DNA of 64,000 bases. Source: an uncultured Bacteroidota bacterium (GTDB taxonomy: Bacteria > Bacteroidota > Bacteroidia > Bacteroidales > UBA12481). Below, one piece after another: positions 52,590 to 63,200 of this stretch. Position 1 is the stretch's first letter; every line of letters begins with the position of its first letter. The notes beneath the pieces are model-generated. The model was not told the DNA's origin. It was given only the letters and a program-made list of their open reading frames with translations, and ran no database searches. Made by a program: the position numbers and the translations under genes. The stretch lies in NCBI GenBank assembly GCA_942493265.1, contig OW818688.1, forward strand, positions 2,121,467-2,185,466. The letters run 5' to 3'.

Positions 52590-53423
52590 CATTTTTTTTA
52601 GGGTACTGATTTCTTCTGCCCAAATATCTTCATCGGGCGTTTCAAGAATCAGAGGCATGGAGTTGAAGCGTGGATCTTTCATGATCCGGGTGAAAAGATC
52701 CCATTCGATAGTACCTTTTCCCAGACTTTCATGCCGGTCGACCCGCGATTGAAATTCTTTTTTGGAATCATTTATATGCATGCCGCACAGGTACTTAAAT
52801 CCGATAATCTCATCGAATTTGCGGAATACCTCATCAAATCCAGCTGCAGTTTTTAATTCATATCCTGCTGAATAGGCATGGGCGGTATCAATGCAAACCC
52901 CGATGCGTGACTGGTCCTCAATCCGGTCGATGATAAACCGTAAATGTTCAAATTTATAGCCCACATTGCTGCCCTGTCCGGCGGTAATCTCCAGAACGGC
53001 AGTCACTCCGCTGGTTTTGCCCAGCGTGATATTCACCGATTCAGCAATGGTTTTCAAACATTCCTCCTCCGAGATTTTCTGGAGGTGACTTCCGGGATGA
53101 AAATTGATGCGATCAAGCCCCAATTGCGCGGCCCGCTCCATTTCATCCAGAAAAGCCGCCCTCGATTTTCCGAGCATCTCCGGATCGGGACTGCCCAGAT
53201 TTATCAGATACCCATCGTGCGGAAGTATTTGTTGCGGAGTGTATCCGTAGAGTTCGCAATTCTTTTTAAATGCTGCGATACTGCTTTCGCTGAGTGGCTT
53301 GGCTACCCACTGGCGCTGATTTTTCAGAAATAATGCAAACGCTGTGGCACCGATTTTATGGGCATTGATGGGGGCGTTTTCTACTCCGCCTTCGGTACTG
53401 ACATGGGCTCCTATGAATTTCAT
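52584..53423 (-). CDS. nfo: Endonuclease IV (deoxyribonuclease IV)
   Basis: Start trimmed to [39 protein letters not shown], nearly colinear with the E. coli Nfo N-terminus as I recall it. It is a TIM-barrel AP endonuclease of 279 aa. Confidence 0.9.
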   Translation of the reverse strand: MKFIGAHVSTEGGVENAPINAHKIGATAFALFLKNQRQWVAKPLSESSIAAFKKNCELYGYTPQQILPHDGYLINLGSPDPEMLGKSRAAFLDEMERAAQLGLDRINFHPGSHLQKISEEECLKTIAESVNITLGKTSGVTAVLEITAGQGSNVGYKFEHLRFIIDRIEDQSRIGVCIDTAHAYSAGYELKTAAGFDEVFRKFDEIIGFKYLCGMHINDSKKEFQSRVDRHESLGKGTIEWDLFTRIMKDPRFNSMPLILETPDEDIWAEEISTLKKMC

Positions 53424-53565
53424 GATCGTATGTTTCGATTGAAACACTAAAGTAGGTAAAAATGTTTCTCTGTATGGATCACCTTTATTTTCCCACTGCA
53501 GTAGCCCTTCCTAAATCCATTATATATAACTTAGCTGATACAGAATAACCTATGGAGGCTAAATC

Positions 53566-54801
53566 ATGAAATTTTTAAAACCCGTCCTGTTTTCGGTTGC
53601 CGCTGTTTTCCTTTTCATTACCTGCTCAAAGGATGATCCGGAAAACCCGTCGGGTAACGACAGCACTGTTTACAATGTAACCTATACCGATGAAACGGTT
53701 TTTATTGACAGTCTTGCGGTGAAGTCACTGATCCGAATGGATACCGCTGATTATGTATACTATTTTAAAAGCACTGAGCCGAAAATTGCAAACCTCCGGG
53801 AGGATGATATCCTGCTGATCTATGGCGTTGCCTTGCGCAGGGTGGTGGACGTTACTACCGAGGGGAACGAAACACGCGTGACCACCAGCTATGCTTCACT
53901 GAATGAGGCAATTAAAGAGGGTACGATTTCCTGGGACAAGGAGATCAGTTTTAAGAAAGGGATCGTTCCGTCAGTGCAGATGAAAGGCAGGGAAATCGGC
54001 TTTAAATCAGTTACTTCGGATGGGTTCGAATTTGAATTCACCTATGGTGAATACAGCTATAAAATAACTTTCGCCTTTACCGATACCAAGGCAGATGTGG
54101 AATTCGAGATTTCAAAGGAGTTGGTTAAGCCGGTAACCGCAAAGTTCACCGCAAAGGGTTCAATCGAAAACTTCAATTCCTCTTCTGAAGTGGTGTTTAA
54201 AGATAGCGAGCTACAGAAATTCGGTCAGAAAAACACCAATATGAAAGGTGATCTCACCCTGAATCTGACTGTTGCCGGATCGGGCCGCGACGGTATTACC
54301 TTTGATTTCCCTGTGGTACTGCTCAAATACCCGGTAATGGTTGGGCCTATCCTGGTGGTCATAAATGTGAAGGTACTCTTTGTGATCAATTGTGTGGTGC
54401 CGGTCGACGGCTCTTCTCAGGTGGAGGTGAAGTTCGAATACAATTCAACCACCGGAATTAAATATAATGGTACCGAGGTTTCAGCCGATGCATCGATCGG
54501 GGACCAGCAGATGAACAAAAACAAGGCACAAACGGGGGCCTCCTCTGCAATTGGCGTTAACTGGGGGCTGGCTTTCCCGCGGCTGGAAATCGGCGTTTTC
54601 GATCAATTTATTGTGCCCTATATTCAAACGGCATTCCTCATCGGCGGGGATTATACTTTCACCCCTCCATGCCAGCAGGCTAAGTCACAGTTTATTGGCG
54701 CATGCGGCGTTGACCTGTCGTTTTTCGGATTCGGATACAGTGCGAAGAAGACTTTCTGGCAGGAAGAAAAGGTGTTGCTGAAGTCGGGGGACTGTGATTA
54801 G
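53566..54801 (+). CDS. Hypothetical lipoprotein (411 aa)
   Basis: It has a signal peptide with a lipobox (AAVFLFITCSKDD). No family recognised. Confidence 0.55.
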   Translation: MKFLKPVLFSVAAVFLFITCSKDDPENPSGNDSTVYNVTYTDETVFIDSLAVKSLIRMDTADYVYYFKSTEPKIANLREDDILLIYGVALRRVVDVTTEGNETRVTTSYASLNEAIKEGTISWDKEISFKKGIVPSVQMKGREIGFKSVTSDGFEFEFTYGEYSYKITFAFTDTKADVEFEISKELVKPVTAKFTAKGSIENFNSSSEVVFKDSELQKFGQKNTNMKGDLTLNLTVAGSGRDGITFDFPVVLLKYPVMVGPILVVINVKVLFVINCVVPVDGSSQVEVKFEYNSTTGIKYNGTEVSADASIGDQQMNKNKAQTGASSAIGVNWGLAFPRLEIGVFDQFIVPYIQTAFLIGGDYTFTPPCQQAKSQFIGACGVDLSFFGFGYSAKKTFWQEEKVLLKSGDCD

Positions 54802-54811
54802 ATAATGGGCT

Positions 54812-55053
54812 GACCTCGGAGAAGTGTCATCCACCACTGAACTTCCCTCGGAGCGTTGTCATCCCGACGAAAGCCGGGACCCCGTGACGCTAATGTGAGG
54901 CTTTTGGGAAATTTCGAGGTAAGGGACGGGGTCCCGACTTTCGTCGGGATGACAACGCTCCGAGGGTAATTTTAGTGCTTATGGCAACGCTCGGAGGGTA
55001 ATTTTAGTGCTTATGGCAACGCTCGGAGGGTAATTTTAGTGCATATGAAACTG
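54812..55053. repeat. Family A cluster: forward units, a 41-bp inverted pair, then 3 x 32-bp tandem repeat
   Basis: CCCTCGGAGCGTTGTCATCCCGACGAAAGCCGGGACCCCGT faces ACGGGGTCCCGACTTTCGTCGGGATGACAACGCTCCGAGGG. The tandem unit CTC(C/G)GAGGGTAATTTTAGTGC(T/A)TATG..., 32 bp long, starts at 54958, 54990 and 55022. Confidence 0.85.
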
Positions 55054-55064
55054 CTCCGCCTTCC

Positions 55065-57239
55065 CTATCTCCCTATTATAATCCCCCGTCCGTAACTTCC
55101 TAACACAACCTCCCCCGTAGGCATTTGTATCTTAATATCATCAATGGCAACCGGAATCATTCCGGGAGCGCGTACCCAGGATTTTCCGGCATCTATGCTG
55201 ATCAGCAGTCCGTTATGTATTCCGCAGTATAACAAATCCGCATTCAGCTGATGTTCGGCGAATCCGCGGATAACAGCCTCCGATGGCATTGTTGAGGTGA
55301 GTGATTCCCAGGTCTGGCCATAGTCGCGGCTTCTGAACAGGTAGGGTTTCAGATCGTTGGCTTCATAATACCGGGCACAGGCTGCATATACGGTTCCAAC
55401 TTCATGGTTGGAACAAATCAGGCGGGTAAAAAACCGGTCAGACGGCATCGGCAGCCGTTCTGAAAGATTCATCCAGGTGAGTCCGCCATCCCGGGTCATC
55501 TGCAAATTCCCATCATCGGTTCCGGCATAAATAACCCCTGGTTTTAAAGGGGATTCCGCTAAAGCGGTGATGGATGCGTAGGGTTTCAGCAATGGTTTCA
55601 TGCCCATCACGGTACGGCTTTTTAAATCCTCATTGAGGCTTAAGTCAGGACTGATCTCGGTCCAGTTATCCCCGCGGTTTTCTGATTTAAACAGCATATT
55701 GCCACCCAGATAGAGGGCATGCGGCGGATGCGTGGATATGATGTAGGGCGCATTCCAGTTGAAACGGTAAGGTTTGCTTTTATCGGGACTATTGGGTTGC
55801 ACGTCAAAACTCTTGTCGGTCCGGAATTCATAGCGGCTGATTCCGCCATACTGTGATTCTCCATAAGCTATCGTAGGATCAACGGGATCAACGGCGGCCC
55901 AGAATCCATCGCCCCAGGAAATGTTGTGAATCAGGCTGTCGGGAGTTATTGCTCCATCGGCCGTGCGCGACGGACCGCCCCACACCCCATTATCCTGCTT
56001 GCCGCCAAAAATCCGGTAAGGAGTTTCCTGGTCAACGGTAATAGCATAATACTGTCCAATATACAAATTGTTGTAAAACGACCATTTCTGTCCGCCGTCC
56101 TGTGTTTGATAAACCCCGCCATCATTTCCGAGCAGGCGGTTCAGCGGATTTCGCGGATCGATCCATAAAACATGATGATCAACATGCACATCCCGTGTAC
56201 TCATGAGCATAAAAGTTTTTCCGCCATCCCGGGTTTCCTGAACCATCGTGCCCATTACAAAAACATTTTTTTCATCAGCAGGATTCACGTAAATTCTTCC
56301 GTACCAATAGGCTGTAGAGGGTTTTGGATTCATCAGTCTCCATGAATTTCCCTTATTGGTTGACCGGTAAAACCCACCTTTTTTGGATTCCACACAGGCA
56401 TAAATAAGGTCGGGTTTGCCCGGCGCTATGGCGAGTGCAATCCTGCCCAGCGTATCTTTTGAAAATCCTTTGGTCATCTTCTCCCAGGAATCACCGCCAT
56501 CTTCAGATCGGTACAGTGCACTCGACGGACCACGCTGCACGTGTGCCCAGGCATTCCGGTACTGCTGCCAGGCCGCGGCAAACAGGGTTTTCCCATCGGG
56601 ATGTACCACCAAATCCGACATGCCGGTATAATCATTGATGTATAATACTTTTTCCCAGGTGTTGCCGCCATCTTTTGTGCGGAATATCCCCCGTTCATCA
56701 TTATTCCCCCAACGGGCTCCGGTAGCTGCAACATAAACAACATCAGGATTTAACGGATTGATCTGGATTTTAGAGATATGACGCGATTGCTTCAGTCCCA
56801 TGCATTTCCAGTTTCTGCCCCCGTCGGTAGATTTATAAACCCCATCGCCAATCGATGCTGCGGCCTGTTCACCTGATGCTTCGCCGGTTCCTACCCAGAT
56901 CAGTTCGGGATTGGTTTCGCAGATGGCCATATCGCCAACGGAAAGCGACAGGCCTGCCTGATCGAACACCGGAATCCAGTTCTTTCCCCAGTCGGCCGAT
57001 TTAAATACCCCGCCGGTAGAGGCTGCCACGTATATTTTCTGCGGACTTTTCGAATCCACCTCGATATCCGAAACACGGCCGCTGTTCACGCCGGGACCGA
57101 TGAAACGGTAGCTTTGGGGGAGCTGGGCGGGCAACGTGAAGAAGGTGAAGAATGTTAAGAATGTTAAGAATGTTAAGAATGTTAAGAATGTTAAGGAGGT
57201 TACGGGGGTTACGGAGGGTACGGGGGTGCGGGTTGACAT
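55065..57239 (-). CDS. BNR/Asp-box repeat beta-propeller protein (sortilin/Vps10- or GH74-like)
   Basis: 724 aa with at least 10 Asp-box motifs (S/T-x-D-x-G-x-T/S-W, e.g. KSTDGGRNW, RTKDGGNTW, RSEDGGDSW, QTQDGGQKW, RSRDYGQTW). The N-terminal signal-like region is encoded by the 9-bp array. Confidence 0.8.
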   Translation of the reverse strand: MSTRTPVPSVTPVTSLTFLTFLTFLTFLTFFTFFTLPAQLPQSYRFIGPGVNSGRVSDIEVDSKSPQKIYVAASTGGVFKSADWGKNWIPVFDQAGLSLSVGDMAICETNPELIWVGTGEASGEQAAASIGDGVYKSTDGGRNWKCMGLKQSRHISKIQINPLNPDVVYVAATGARWGNNDERGIFRTKDGGNTWEKVLYINDYTGMSDLVVHPDGKTLFAAAWQQYRNAWAHVQRGPSSALYRSEDGGDSWEKMTKGFSKDTLGRIALAIAPGKPDLIYACVESKKGGFYRSTNKGNSWRLMNPKPSTAYWYGRIYVNPADEKNVFVMGTMVQETRDGGKTFMLMSTRDVHVDHHVLWIDPRNPLNRLLGNDGGVYQTQDGGQKWSFYNNLYIGQYYAITVDQETPYRIFGGKQDNGVWGGPSRTADGAITPDSLIHNISWGDGFWAAVDPVDPTIAYGESQYGGISRYEFRTDKSFDVQPNSPDKSKPYRFNWNAPYIISTHPPHALYLGGNMLFKSENRGDNWTEISPDLSLNEDLKSRTVMGMKPLLKPYASITALAESPLKPGVIYAGTDDGNLQMTRDGGLTWMNLSERLPMPSDRFFTRLICSNHEVGTVYAACARYYEANDLKPYLFRSRDYGQTWESLTSTMPSEAVIRGFAEHQLNADLLYCGIHNGLLISIDAGKSWVRAPGMIPVAIDDIKIQMPTGEVVLGSYGRGIIIGR
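57136..57234. repeat. Eleven consecutive 9-bp units, in-frame with the start of the minus-strand gene
   Basis: The units are GTGAAGAAG, GTGAAGAAT, GTTAAGAAT x4, GTTAAGGAG, GTTACGGGG, GTTACGGAG, GGTACGGGG and GTGCGGGTT, followed by GACAT, which contains the start codon (57239). Confidence 0.9.
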
Positions 57240-57284
57240 GGCGTATGTTTTATTGGCCGAATGTAATAATTTACCACTAAACTA

Positions 57285-57390
57285 CCCTCGGAGAGTTGTC
57301 ATCCCCGCGAAAGCGGGGACCCTCGGAGAGTTGTCATCCCCGCGAAAGCGGGGACCCTCGGAGAAGTGTCATCCCGACGAACGTCGGGAC
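57285..57390. repeat. Three tandem 35-bp family A hairpin units
   Basis: CCCTCGGAGAGTTGTCATCCCCGCGAAAGCGGGGA occurs twice (starts 57285 and 57320). It is followed by CCCTCGGAGAAGTGTCATCCCGACGAACGTCGGGAC (start 57355). Confidence 0.9.
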
Positions 57391-57495
57391 CGCGTTCCTT
57401 CCCACCGGGTTTTCTGGTGGCAACTGCCCAGCATGAAGCAAATTGCAATATTCTCCATCTTTTAAATAACTTTCCGGCACCTAAACTATCCGGCA

Positions 57496-58965
57496 ATGGG
57501 GCAAAAAATATCCTTTTTCGTGCGCAGTGCGTTGATCGGCTTGCTTTTAACAGCATTTTCTATTACCCTGAACGCCCAAACGCGGTACCTTCCCAACTGG
57601 GAATCCATCGACAGCCGTCAAACTCCTCAGTGGTTCTCCGATGCCAAATTCGGCATATTTGTGTGCTGGGGTTTGTATTCGGTGCCCGCCTGGAGTCCGA
57701 AGGGCCAGTATTCCGAATGGTATATGTACTGGCTGAAACAGAAGGCCTTCGATGGTAAAGTGTACGATTTTCATCTGAATAAATATGGACCGGATACACA
57801 GTTCAAAGATTTTGCCCCCCTGTTCAAGGCGGAACTCTGGAATCCCGATGAATGGGCTGATCTTTTTCAGCAGGCAGGTGCTAAGTATATCGTGTTCACT
57901 ACCAAACATCATTCCGGATATACCCTTTGGCCAAGCAAACAGGCTGAACAAACCTGGGGCGAAAATTTCAATCCGGTGAAGGTGGGCCCGAAACGCGATC
58001 TGGTTGGCGACCTGACTACCGCAGTGAAGAAAAAAGGTTTGAAAATGGGATTATACTATTCACTCTATGAATGGTATCATCCCTGGTATCTGAATGATTT
58101 CCATGCCTTTGTGGCCGATCATTTCTATCCGCAATTCAAGGACCTGGTTACCCGATATGAACCGGATATGATTTGGGCCGATGGGGAGTGGGAGCAAACT
58201 TCCGAAGCCTGGCGCACGCCTGAATTGCTGGCCTGGCTTTTTAATGAAAGCAAAAATAAAGAGGTGGTGATCAATGACCGGTGGGGCAACGATTCCAGGC
58301 ATAAACACGGAGGATTTTTCACCACCGAATATGGTTCGGGAATGGATAATGATGCGCATCCATGGGAAGAGAACCGCGGTATGGGCTACTCATACGGATA
58401 TAACCGTGCTGAGAATCTGGCAGATTACCGCAGCTCTCAGGAACTGATCCTGATGCTGGCAGATATCGTTTCAAGGGGCGGGAACCTCTGTTTGGATATT
58501 GGTCCGGGTGCCGACGGACAAATTCCGGTGATCATGCAGGAGCGATTGATTCAGATTGGTAACTGGTTGAAAATTAACGGAGAAGCTATTTATGGAACGC
58601 GGATGTTTACGACTCCTGTTCAATGGAGCGAGGGCATAAAACCCGAAATCAAACGCGGTGAATACATGGTTCCGTACAATATCCTGAAGGAAACCGTGGA
58701 ACCCGATCCCGGACAGGCCGTCAAGGAAATATTCTTTACGAAAAAGGGCACCACTCTCTATGCCATCGTTCCGAAATGGCCCGGTAAAACTCTGGCAATC
58801 AAACTCCCCGATGTCACCCGTCACCCGTCACTCGTCACTTTCCTCCAAACTGGCCAAAAGCTTGATGTCCGTATAACAGGAAAAGGTCTGCAAATAAACA
58901 TGCCCCCCTACGATCCCAATGCCAAATGGGTGAATGAAGCGTATGTATTCAAAATTGAACAATAA
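57496..58965 (+). CDS. Alpha-L-fucosidase, GH29
   Basis: 489 aa with a signal peptide. It has the GH29 N-terminal signature (WFSDAKFGIFVCWGLYSVPAW), plus KHHSGYTLWPS and DGEWE. Confidence 0.9.
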   Translation: MGQKISFFVRSALIGLLLTAFSITLNAQTRYLPNWESIDSRQTPQWFSDAKFGIFVCWGLYSVPAWSPKGQYSEWYMYWLKQKAFDGKVYDFHLNKYGPDTQFKDFAPLFKAELWNPDEWADLFQQAGAKYIVFTTKHHSGYTLWPSKQAEQTWGENFNPVKVGPKRDLVGDLTTAVKKKGLKMGLYYSLYEWYHPWYLNDFHAFVADHFYPQFKDLVTRYEPDMIWADGEWEQTSEAWRTPELLAWLFNESKNKEVVINDRWGNDSRHKHGGFFTTEYGSGMDNDAHPWEENRGMGYSYGYNRAENLADYRSSQELILMLADIVSRGGNLCLDIGPGADGQIPVIMQERLIQIGNWLKINGEAIYGTRMFTTPVQWSEGIKPEIKRGEYMVPYNILKETVEPDPGQAVKEIFFTKKGTTLYAIVPKWPGKTLAIKLPDVTRHPSLVTFLQTGQKLDVRITGKGLQINMPPYDPNAKWVNEAYVFKIEQ

Positions 58966-58979
58966 GAAATCTGAAAAAC

Positions 58980-60251
58980 ATGTCTGAAAAAAAGGTAAAT
59001 CCGGTTTTCGGATACCGCTGGGTAATTCTTGCTGTATACATGCTGTTATCGATTGTGATTCAGATCCAATGGCTTGCCCATGCCGCTGTTGCCCGGCCGG
59101 CACAGATTTTTTACCAGGGCCAGTTTAATCCGGATGGATTGTTCAATATCGATTTTCTGGCGCTGCTGTATATGCTTGTTTATATTGTCATCAGTATACC
59201 GGCCTCCTATATAATTGATACGCACGGTATCCGCATCGGACTTGGAATTGGTGCCGCCATTACCATGGTGTGCGGACTTCTGAAGGGGTTTATGGCGGAA
59301 AGCTATACCGGTGTTTTAATCGCGCAGGTTGGATTGGCTGCTGCCCAGCCTTTTATTCTGAATGCGGTAACCGCCATTACGGTTCGATGGTTCCCGCTGC
59401 GTGAGCGGGGAATGGCTGCCGGACTCTCGGCACTGGCGCAGTATCTCGGCATAATTATAGCCATGCTCGTAACCCCGATGATGATTGGAACCAACCCGGA
59501 TAAAGCCGATTACGGAAGCGGCTTTGGACATATGCTGATGATTTACGGAGTGATAACCGCCGTCGCCGGGTTATTATCGCTGATCCTGATACGCGAAACT
59601 CCTCCTGAACCTCCGGGCGATGAACTGCTCGTGAGGATGAGTTTCCGGAAGGGCATGAAACATATTCTGGGCTTGCGTGATATGCGCATCATTCTATTAA
59701 TCTTTTTGATAGGTCTGGGTATTTTCAATGCTGTCAGCAGCATGACCGATGCCATTGCCGAACATATGGGGGTGAAGGACTCCGAAGGACTGATTGGCGG
59801 GGTTATGTTAATCGGAGGCATTATCGGAGCAGTTATAATACCCTGGTTGTCTGATATATATAAAAAACGTAAATTTTTCCTGGTTGCCTGCATGGTCGGG
59901 ATGGTTCCGGGGATCATCTGTCTGTCGCTGGCTAATCATCTGGCTTCCAATCCGGATGTCATTTATGGAATTACCCTGGCGGGCTCCTTCATACTCGGAT
60001 TTTTCGTGATGAGCGCCGGTCCCATCGGGTTTCAATATGCCGCTGAAGTAAGCTATCCCGCACCGGAATCCACCTCGCAGGGGCTGCTGCTCCTGATCGG
60101 ACAGATTACCGGAATGGTGTTCGTAGCCGGGATGAGCATCCAGCAGAACCACTACCTCGGTGCCTTCATGACCGCATTCGTTACCCTCACCTTTATCACC
60201 ATGATTTTGGGCATGACACTGAGGGAATCGCCCCACTTCCGCCAGAATTAG
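58980..60251 (+). CDS. MFS transporter
   Basis: 423 aa with about 12 hydrophobic helices and an MFS loop 2-3-like motif (WFPLRERGMAAG). It starts 15 nt after the fucosidase stop. Confidence 0.8.
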   Translation: MSEKKVNPVFGYRWVILAVYMLLSIVIQIQWLAHAAVARPAQIFYQGQFNPDGLFNIDFLALLYMLVYIVISIPASYIIDTHGIRIGLGIGAAITMVCGLLKGFMAESYTGVLIAQVGLAAAQPFILNAVTAITVRWFPLRERGMAAGLSALAQYLGIIIAMLVTPMMIGTNPDKADYGSGFGHMLMIYGVITAVAGLLSLILIRETPPEPPGDELLVRMSFRKGMKHILGLRDMRIILLIFLIGLGIFNAVSSMTDAIAEHMGVKDSEGLIGGVMLIGGIIGAVIIPWLSDIYKKRKFFLVACMVGMVPGIICLSLANHLASNPDVIYGITLAGSFILGFFVMSAGPIGFQYAAEVSYPAPESTSQGLLLLIGQITGMVFVAGMSIQQNHYLGAFMTAFVTLTFITMILGMTLRESPHFRQN

Positions 60252-60292
60252 AAAAATATTTAAATTGCCACCCTCTTAAAAATATCATCACC

Positions 60293-63200
60293 ATGAAATC
60301 GCTCCTCCTCCCCCTCCTCCTCCTCTTCACCACCGTTTCCGCTACCACCTCCCCCTTCTCTGTCATCCCCGCGGAGGCGGGGACCGTCCTCCCCGCGGCA
60401 GCAAGTACTGTCCTCCCCGCGGAACCGGGGACCTACTTCCTCTCCTCCCCGGCGCTCTCCCCCGACGCTAAAACGATTGTTTTCAGCTTCGAAAGCGATC
60501 TCTGGAAAGCAGATATCGCTACCGGAAATGCCACCCGGCTAACCGCCATGCAGGGATACGAATCCAGTGCACGCTTTTCGCCCGATGGAAAATGGATCGC
60601 CTTCACCGGCCGCCAGTTCGGCAATGGGGATGTGTTTGTAATTCCGATGGAGGGTGGTGAAATCCGTCAGCTTACCTGGCACTCGGCCAACGACGATGTG
60701 GAAAACTGGAGCTGGGATTCGAAGTCAATCTATTTTACCTCAGGCCGGCTGAACAGCGGCACGGTTTATAAAGTCGCGCTTGAGGGAGGTAATCCGGTCC
60801 GGCTGTTTGAACATTATTTCAATACCATCCATAATCTCGCTGAAAATCCCAAAACCGGTGAACTGTTTTTTAATGATACCTGGGAGAGCCAGAGTATGGC
60901 CAGCCGCAAAAGGTACAAGGGCGATTATAATCCGGATATCCAGTCGTACAACCCGAAAACTGGTGATTATAAGAAGTATACCGAATGGATCGGAAAAGAT
61001 ATGTGGGCCACCATCGATCAGGGTGGCACCATTTATTTTATATCAGATGAGAAAAACGGGGAATACAACCTATGTAAACTCGAAAATGGCAAAACCAAAA
61101 ACCTGACTTCTTATAAAACTTCCATCAAGCGCCCGATCGTATCGGCCGACGGATCAATGGTGATCTTCGAAAAAGATTATCAGTTGTTTACCTATGAACC
61201 CGCATCTGATAAAACGGTCAAATTGTCGATCCGCATCAATCGGAACAGCATTCTTCCCAAAGAGCAAAATTTTGCTACTCTGAACAAAATCAGTGATTAC
61301 GATGTGTCGCCCGATAACAAGAAGATAGCCTTTATTTCACGCGGCGAACTCTTCGTGTGCGATATCGACGGCAAATATATCGTGTCAATGTTCCCCGCCT
61401 CCTCCCCTTCCTCTCCCGCCAATTCCTTCGAGCGTGTGATGAGCATTAAGTGGCTGGCCGACAATAAAACCCTCCTGTTTAATCAAACCTGGAACGGTTA
61501 CCTGAATTGGTTTACCCTGTCGGCCGACGGCACCGGCGAACCGAAGCAACTGACTACTGATAAAGCGAATAACCGGGATATCGTTCTCAACAAGGACCTG
61601 ACTAAAGCAGTCTATATCAATGGACGGGATGAACTCCGGCTGATGGACCTCAAGACTATGGAAAGCAAATTGCTGCTGAAGGATGAGTTCTGGGGATTTC
61701 AAAATGGTGAGCCTGGTTTTTCGCCTGATGGTGAGTATGTTATCTATACGGCCAAACGAAATTTTGAAGATGAAATTTTTGTATACCATCTGAAAAGTGG
61801 TGTGATCACAAACCTTACGGGTACCGGTGTGGCTGAATCCAGTCCGGTTTGGAGCGGCGATGGAAAGTATATCTATTTTTCCACCAACCGCACCCAGCCA
61901 ACCTATCCAACCGGCGGCGGCGCTTCGCATATTTACCGGTTTGCCCTGGATAGAATCGATGCACCCTTCCGCACCGATGAATTCGATAAGTTATGGAAAA
62001 AAGAGGTTGTGGCGGCAAAGGATCCCGCTGCGAAAAAAGATTCCACGGCAGCTAAGAAAGATACCATTGCACCCATCTCGATCAATACCGACCGCATTTG
62101 GGAACGCTTTGAACTGATCAGTCCGGGATTTGGCTCGCAGGGCGGTCCATTTGTAATCCAGAAAGGGGATAAAACCACCGTTTTATACTATTCCAATCAT
62201 GCTATGGGAGCCGGTGCACTGTGGAAAACGGTTCTTTCCCCATGGGATCCGCCTAAAACTGAGAAGATTGAGGGAGCTGCTCCGGGCAGTATCGTTAAAG
62301 CCGACGATAAGTTTTATATGTTGTCGGGCGGAATCATCTATAAACTGAATGTTGACGGAAACAAGGCAGATAAGATCGATATTGCCAACTTCAATTTTAC
62401 CCGAAACCTTGCCGATGAGTTCCGGCAGATGTTTGAAGAAACCTGGGCAAATATGGAGGGGGATTATTATCATGAAAAATTGCACGGTGCCGATTGGCTT
62501 GCCTATAAGTCTTATTATCAGCAGTTTTTACCCTATCTGAATAACCGGAATGATTTGCGCGTGCTGATGTCGGATATGCTCGGCGAACTGAATTCATCCC
62601 ATCAGGGATTCAACAGCTATGGTGAAGAGGAAGCGGGACGGCTGAATTACACTACACTGGAAACCGGAATCCTGTATGAGGAATCGGCTCCTTTTACCGT
62701 GAAAAGGATTGTTGCCCGAAGCGCTGTGGACCGCTCCACCATTGATATCCAACCCGGAGATGTGCTGGTGAAAGTGAATGGTGAGACGGTCAATCCGGCC
62801 ACCCCGCGTGATTTTTATTTTTACCGGCCGGCAATGGAGCCCGAAATGGTGCTCACCTTCAAACGGAAAGGGGTTGACCGGGATGTGAAAATTCATCCGA
62901 TGGCTTATCAAACCCTTAACCGCAATCTGTATGATGAATGGGTCGACGGCAACCGGGAGCGGGTGAATGAGCTGAGTAAGAACAGGATAGCTTATGCCCA
63001 AATGAAGGACATGGGGGGTGGGGAACTGGAGAATTTCCTGATGACCATGACCCGCGATCTGGCGGGCAAGGATGGCCTGATCCTCGACCTGCGCTTTAAT
63101 ACCGGCGGTAATGTGCATGATGAGGTACTGCGGTTCCTCTCGCAGAGAACTTATCTTCAATGGAAATCACGCGGAGGCAAACTGGCGAATCAGTCGAATT

